DNA of 64,000 bases from Novakomyces olei (lineage: Eukaryota), in the NCBI GenBank assembly GCA_016906335.1, contig JADEYG010000001.1, positions 124,001-188,000 of the forward strand. Reading direction: 5' to 3'. This document shows, piece after piece, positions 59,241 to 64,000 of the stretch. Numbering within the stretch: the stretch's first letter is position 1; each line of letters starts with the position of its first letter. Both the position numbers and the translations under genes were made by a program. A model generated the notes under the pieces. That model had not been told where the DNA came from. It searched no databases and saw only the letters and a program-made list of their open reading frames with translations.

Positions 59241-61301
59241 ATGGCTTCGGTTCCAGTGGTCCACGACTTGAACAGCGTCTACACTAGCAACTTTGTGGAG
59301 GCAGAAGAAAAGCGTTGGCACGAGCTCGAGCAGCGCTTTATCAAGCTTTATGGCCATCGGCCGCAGTACATTGCCCGGGCGCCCGGTCGTGTCAGTCTGA
59401 TCGGCGAGCACATTGATTATTCCGAGTTTACCGTGCTTCCGTGTGCTATTCGTGCAGATATGGTTATTGCCTTTTCTATCAACAATGACTCGGCAACTAT
59501 CAGAGCTGCCAATCTTGATTCTGAGCGGTTTCCTGCGCGAGAGATTCAATTGCCGCCGGCGGGAGAAGAAATCGAAATCGATGATACGCATCTCGAATGG
59601 TCTAATTATTTACGCTGTGGCTACCGTGGAGCAATGGGACTGTTGAATTCGAAATTGGCTCAGCCTTTGGCTCCCAAGGGCATGAATATCCTCGCCCACG
59701 GATCCGTTCCTACTGGCTCGGGGCTTAGTTCTTCCGCTGCTTTTACTTGTGCAAGCGCCCTGGCCGTGCTTGTAGCCAATGCCGGGACCAAAGTTAGCAA
59801 AGAGGAATTGACTCAATTGGCGATTGTGGCAGAACGGTTTGTTGGCGTCAATTCTGGGGGGTAAGTGGATAATTCTGTTGGATAGCAATGGAGAATCAAT
59901 GAATTTAAAAAAAAAAAAAAGGAAAAATGAATGAATGGCATTTTGTCATGTTTACATGTGCTTATTCACTACATCAATATGCTCTTTATTTATCTGGATT
60001 CGTAACTGCCATGAATGATTGACTAACTTTAAGAATGGACCAGGCGGCATCAGTGTACGGAGAGAAGGGAAAGGCTTTGAGCATTTCGTTCAAACCTCAT
60101 TTGCTCGCCGTGCCGATTGCCTTTCCCCCCACTGACCCCCACTTTAGTTTCGTGCTGGCTAATACGCTCACAGTTGCCGACAAGTTCACTACAGGGCCGA
60201 TTCACTACAATTTGCGTGTAGTTGAAACGACTCTTTCTGCAGAGATTCTGAGTCGTCTACTCAATCTAGGCACTTTGAGCGTGCGCGATGGATTTGGCGG
60301 TACTTTATGGGAAGTAGCTCGCCGATACCATGAGCGAGAGGGCGTTGATGTCGACTCTGTTGATCCTTGCCAGTCGGAAGAAATGCTTTCTGAGATGATC
60401 AAGGTCGTGGAGGAGCAATTTACAAAGCCAGAAGGTTATACTCGTGCCGAGCTTGCAAGTCTTATGGGCACTACTGAAGACGAGCTAGTGGCCAAGTACA
60501 TGACTCGATTTCCAGGTGGGTTATTTATTGCTTTTCGTTAAATTTATACATATTCCTATGCGGCTATTTTGTGTCTTATGTCTTTTTTTTTTTGATTCTA
60601 CGGAAAAAGGGGAGACGATTTGTCATGTAGTGTTTTAATGATGCTTATCATTTAACCTATTTTCTGTTTAGTTCAATTACATTCTTTGGTTTTTGTTTGT
60701 ATTGTGTTTTTATCATGGATCAGCGCTTACTAATTGTCTCTTAGTCCGCACGGAGAGGTTTCAGCTACGGCATAGGTCGCACCATGTCTTTTCTGAGTCT
60801 ATTCGCGTCATTCGATTCAAAAATGTTCTGAAAGGTGAAACACCTGGTAATGTACCAGAGCTTTTGGGCAAAATTATGAATGAGTCACAAGAAAGCTGCC
60901 GAGATCTGTTCGATGCATCCTGTCCAGTAAGTTTTGAACCGTACATACGATTTGCTTTTATTTAAATATGTTTCCGGCTTTTCGTTCTTTTGCTTTATTT
61001 TCTTTTTCCTCGTTGATCATCTCGTTCGCATCCAGTAACGTTTCCGCGATCTAATAATTTCTAGGAAATTGAGGATTTGACCAAACTTGCCATTGCATCT
61101 GGTGCATACGGTTCTCGCCTTACTGGAGCCGGTTGGGGGGGAATGACCTGCTCTCTCGTTGCCACTGATCATGTGCCGGCTTTTATTGATAGTCTCAAGC
61201 GAGGATATTATGACAAACGATTTCCTCACATCAAAGATCTGTCGGAAATTGTGTTCCCCACACTTCCCGGCACTGGCGCCGTGATTTTCGAGACAAAGTG
61301 A
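59241..61301 (+). CDS. GAL1: Galactokinase; introns 59861-60033, 60516-60744, 60927-61064
   Basis: RAPGRVSLIGEHIDY, VPTGSGLSSSAA, GGMDQAAS, YNLRVVE, GSRLTGAGWGG. Confidence 0.93.
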
Positions 61302-62657
61302 AATTTGTATCTACCATGAAAATATCGATCATAAGGAGAAAAATTATGTGAAGAAAATTGAATGGATGAAAAGCAGAATTTGCGTGGAATGATTTCTTGC
61401 CTGAGATATTGTCCAAGGGTTATTGACTGTTTCTATATTCGTATGACCTTAAAATTTCAATGTACTACTATCCAATCTGAATGTTGTAGAGATATAGACA
61501 TAAGAGTACGTTTATGACAATTTTCTTAATTTTAGATTTCCCATTAATGTCTGGCAAGAGGTGTAAACTAGTTTCATCATCCGATCCTGATATTAGACGA
61601 AGATAAAAGATTCCGATAGCTAAAGCTGTGCCAAGAGACAGCCCTATATATCAACAAAAGTATGATATTGAGAATTAAATCAACATTAATGGAATATCAA
61701 GTTTATATATGACTCCAATCACCGGGATACTGGATGCTTCTCGACACCTTAATGCCTGAAAGTTCGACGCAATTAATATCACTGGGCTATGAGTTTTGCA
61801 AAAGACAGCTTGACCTCTCGTTTAAAAAGTTACAATAGCCTTATACGGATCCAAGAAATTGCAAAGTAAATTTTATTTCTAGTGTTAAAACATTTCAAGA
61901 ACGGCAAAAAAAAAGTTTAATCGTCTGAATTCTGGGGATAAATACAATTAAATCCGAACAACGTGGACGTGAGATGCTTTTGATCCTCCTTTGAGTCTTT
62001 TTCACGGCATATTTGGCAATTGCAACTATGCCGTGAAAAAGACTCAAAGGTTGAAAAAGAATCTTGTCTATTCCTTTCAGAAAAGGTATGGAGAAAGTTT
62101 CCAAATATTCCCTCACCCATTCAAGGGTTGCGGAGCGGTTCTAGTTTAGTTTTCAATAAGCAAAAACACGATCTCGGACGAATCCTCACTGATACGCGTA
62201 AATGCCCTGCATAAGAATGGAGGAAAAAGAGGACGGCGGGCCACTCTCCTTATATACAATAAAATTAGGGTTAGGGCTCGGAGACTGTAAATTTCGTTGA
62301 AGAATTGTTTATTTACTTTCTAATACTTTTAGTGTTGATGGACTAAAGGCGCACAGTAACGACGGAGAAAAGTCCTATTAACTAAATCAGACTATCAGAG
62401 AAGAGTCAAGTGACGGAACGAAAGCAGCTCGCGTGTTGGATCATTGAAACCGGTGCAAAGCGCAAGAAAAAATTAGAAATTGGAACATTATAACAAACTA
62501 AACACCATTATCTCTCTTCCTATACAAATAAAGAATAAATCGGGCGAGTTGAGATCGGCGAAGACGCATTGAAAGAATTAAAAAGGCCGCATATCCGTTA
62601 CTACAGAATCAACCTTTCTGCTGGTGTAATCTCAAAAATTGGCCTTTTGACAATAAT

Positions 62658-63100
62658 TTACGATAGACCTTGTTCGAATTTGGCCTTCTCTGTCTCATAG
62701 CGTGTTTTGTCGGCGGCTGCTTTATCTTCAAACACCTAAAAACTCGTTAGCAATGCTCATGACACTGAACGATGATGATGTTGGTATACCTTTCTCTCGT
62801 CAGCAGGCAAATACTTCCATTTTTCACCCAAAAGTCTGCCCACATCGCCTAAACAATCAGTACTCTGAAGAAGAACAAGATAATGGTAAAAGAACTCACC
62901 GAAACTGGCGCCCTTGTTGGACTCTCTAATTTTTTCGCGCCACTCCTGAGCGAAAAACATGTAAGCGCTTAAACCACGCTTCGGCGCGTTAGGGTCTATG
63001 AACATTAGCATCTGTAAACAAGCCTTCAAAGCAAACCTTTCTTTGCGCGCGGCTTGCGGCCAGATTCCGGGCGTCCTCGTTTAGATGCTTCCTTGGGCAT
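62658..63100 (-). CDS. NHP6: HMG-box chromatin protein Nhp6, 4 coding exons
   Basis: Spliced [25 protein letters not shown]...[13 protein letters not shown]...[13 protein letters not shown]. Confidence 0.92.
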
Positions 63101-63399
63101 TTTGTTCCCTAGCAGCAAAGTCAGTTTTCCACATCGTGCAGGGTCAGTATGCTCTTTACTTTAATCAAAGTCCGTAGTCTTGATACTCCGTACTATATGT
63201 GCGTGCGCTATAACGCGTCGTTAGCAGAGAAGCAGGACGTATATAAGCTTATACTTATCACTTTGCCCTCAAGCAATGTAGGAAGCGAATAAAAACAATA
63301 GACGGTTGTGCTTGTGCGCGCGTGTGTGTACACCACTTGTTGTAGGCGCTGCTAATAATATGTGCTTATTGACGTAGAAAGACAATATATGGCAGTAGT

Positions 63400-63460
63400 A
63401 GTGTGTGTTTGTGTGTGGTGTTTGTGTGTGGTGTTTGTGTGTGGTGTTTGTGTGTGTGCG
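63400..63460. repeat. GT-rich minisatellite, about 3 copies of GTGTGTGGTGTTT
   Basis: Directly visible upstream of NHP6. Confidence 0.8.
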
Positions 63461-64000
63461 GATGTGTGTAGGTTTTTTGTATGGTGGCTTAAAGCGCAGG
63501 CTTGCGCTTTTTTCCGTACTTTTCGCACCGCGGAAAGGGATAGGGTTTGCTAGGGTTGAAAATGTGATGCAATTATTATCAAGTACAGTGTATGACGAGA
63601 GCCCAAGTTGTGATTGGCTGGTGTAATTTTTAATTTTGTGCGAAGTATTTTCGATAGCGAACTCGCTGAATAGCGAATGGCGAGAATACGAAACCGTCAT
63701 TATGCATACCGATCGCTATACTTGGCAGGTTGCTTACATCTATATTTCACTGATTTCTGGTCTGGCCTTATCTGTGATTGGTGGATATTAGTATTTGTTT
63801 ATTCTCATACTACGTCACAATATAGATTCTCGTTTGCGTTTTGCGGACGAGCAGCTCCCTTTAATTTGCTCTTCGTTCGTATACGTACGTCGTTGAGCAT
63901 TCGAGGTGACACAAGTAATTGGATATAGTGCATTATGTATGTTTTTGGGTAGTACTGTTTACTGATTTGTATACATTGAATACCCTCCCCAACGATATCG

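Noticed and set aside
61400-62600. Short ORFs between GAL1 and NHP6
   Set aside because: No recognisable motifs or consistent splice structure.

Overview
Eukaryotic window from an intron-rich, yeast-like ascomycete using the standard code (CTG encodes conserved Leu). A dispersed 5S gene, a Homol-D element, TTAGGG runs, a THI4 riboswitch and an unclustered GAL1 suggest an early-diverging yeast lineage; that placement is inference. 0-5 kb holds RPS22, a Gfo/Idh/MocA oxidoreductase, a solo 5S rRNA and THI4 with a TPP riboswitch in its leader. 5.6-34 kb is an accessory nutrient-scavenging block: four ACS-family MFS permeases, an amino acid permease, a flavocytochrome b2 paralogue, two Zn2Cys6 regulators, a cytosolic GGT/HpxW-like Ntn amidohydrolase, an N-carbamoylase, a decayed FAD monooxygenase and an MDR reductase. 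34-64 kb is mostly housekeeping: BCAS3-like, cyclin T/K, OSCA/CSC1, TOM6, SAM carrier, DUF1765, TTL, tRNA-Asp, RNH202, a GH5 protein with a degenerate active site, GAL1 and NHP6. The best candidate for an undescribed system is the self-regulated ureide/amide nitrogen-catabolic cluster at 14.4-28.6 kb. All family calls come from recognised motifs; no database searches were run.
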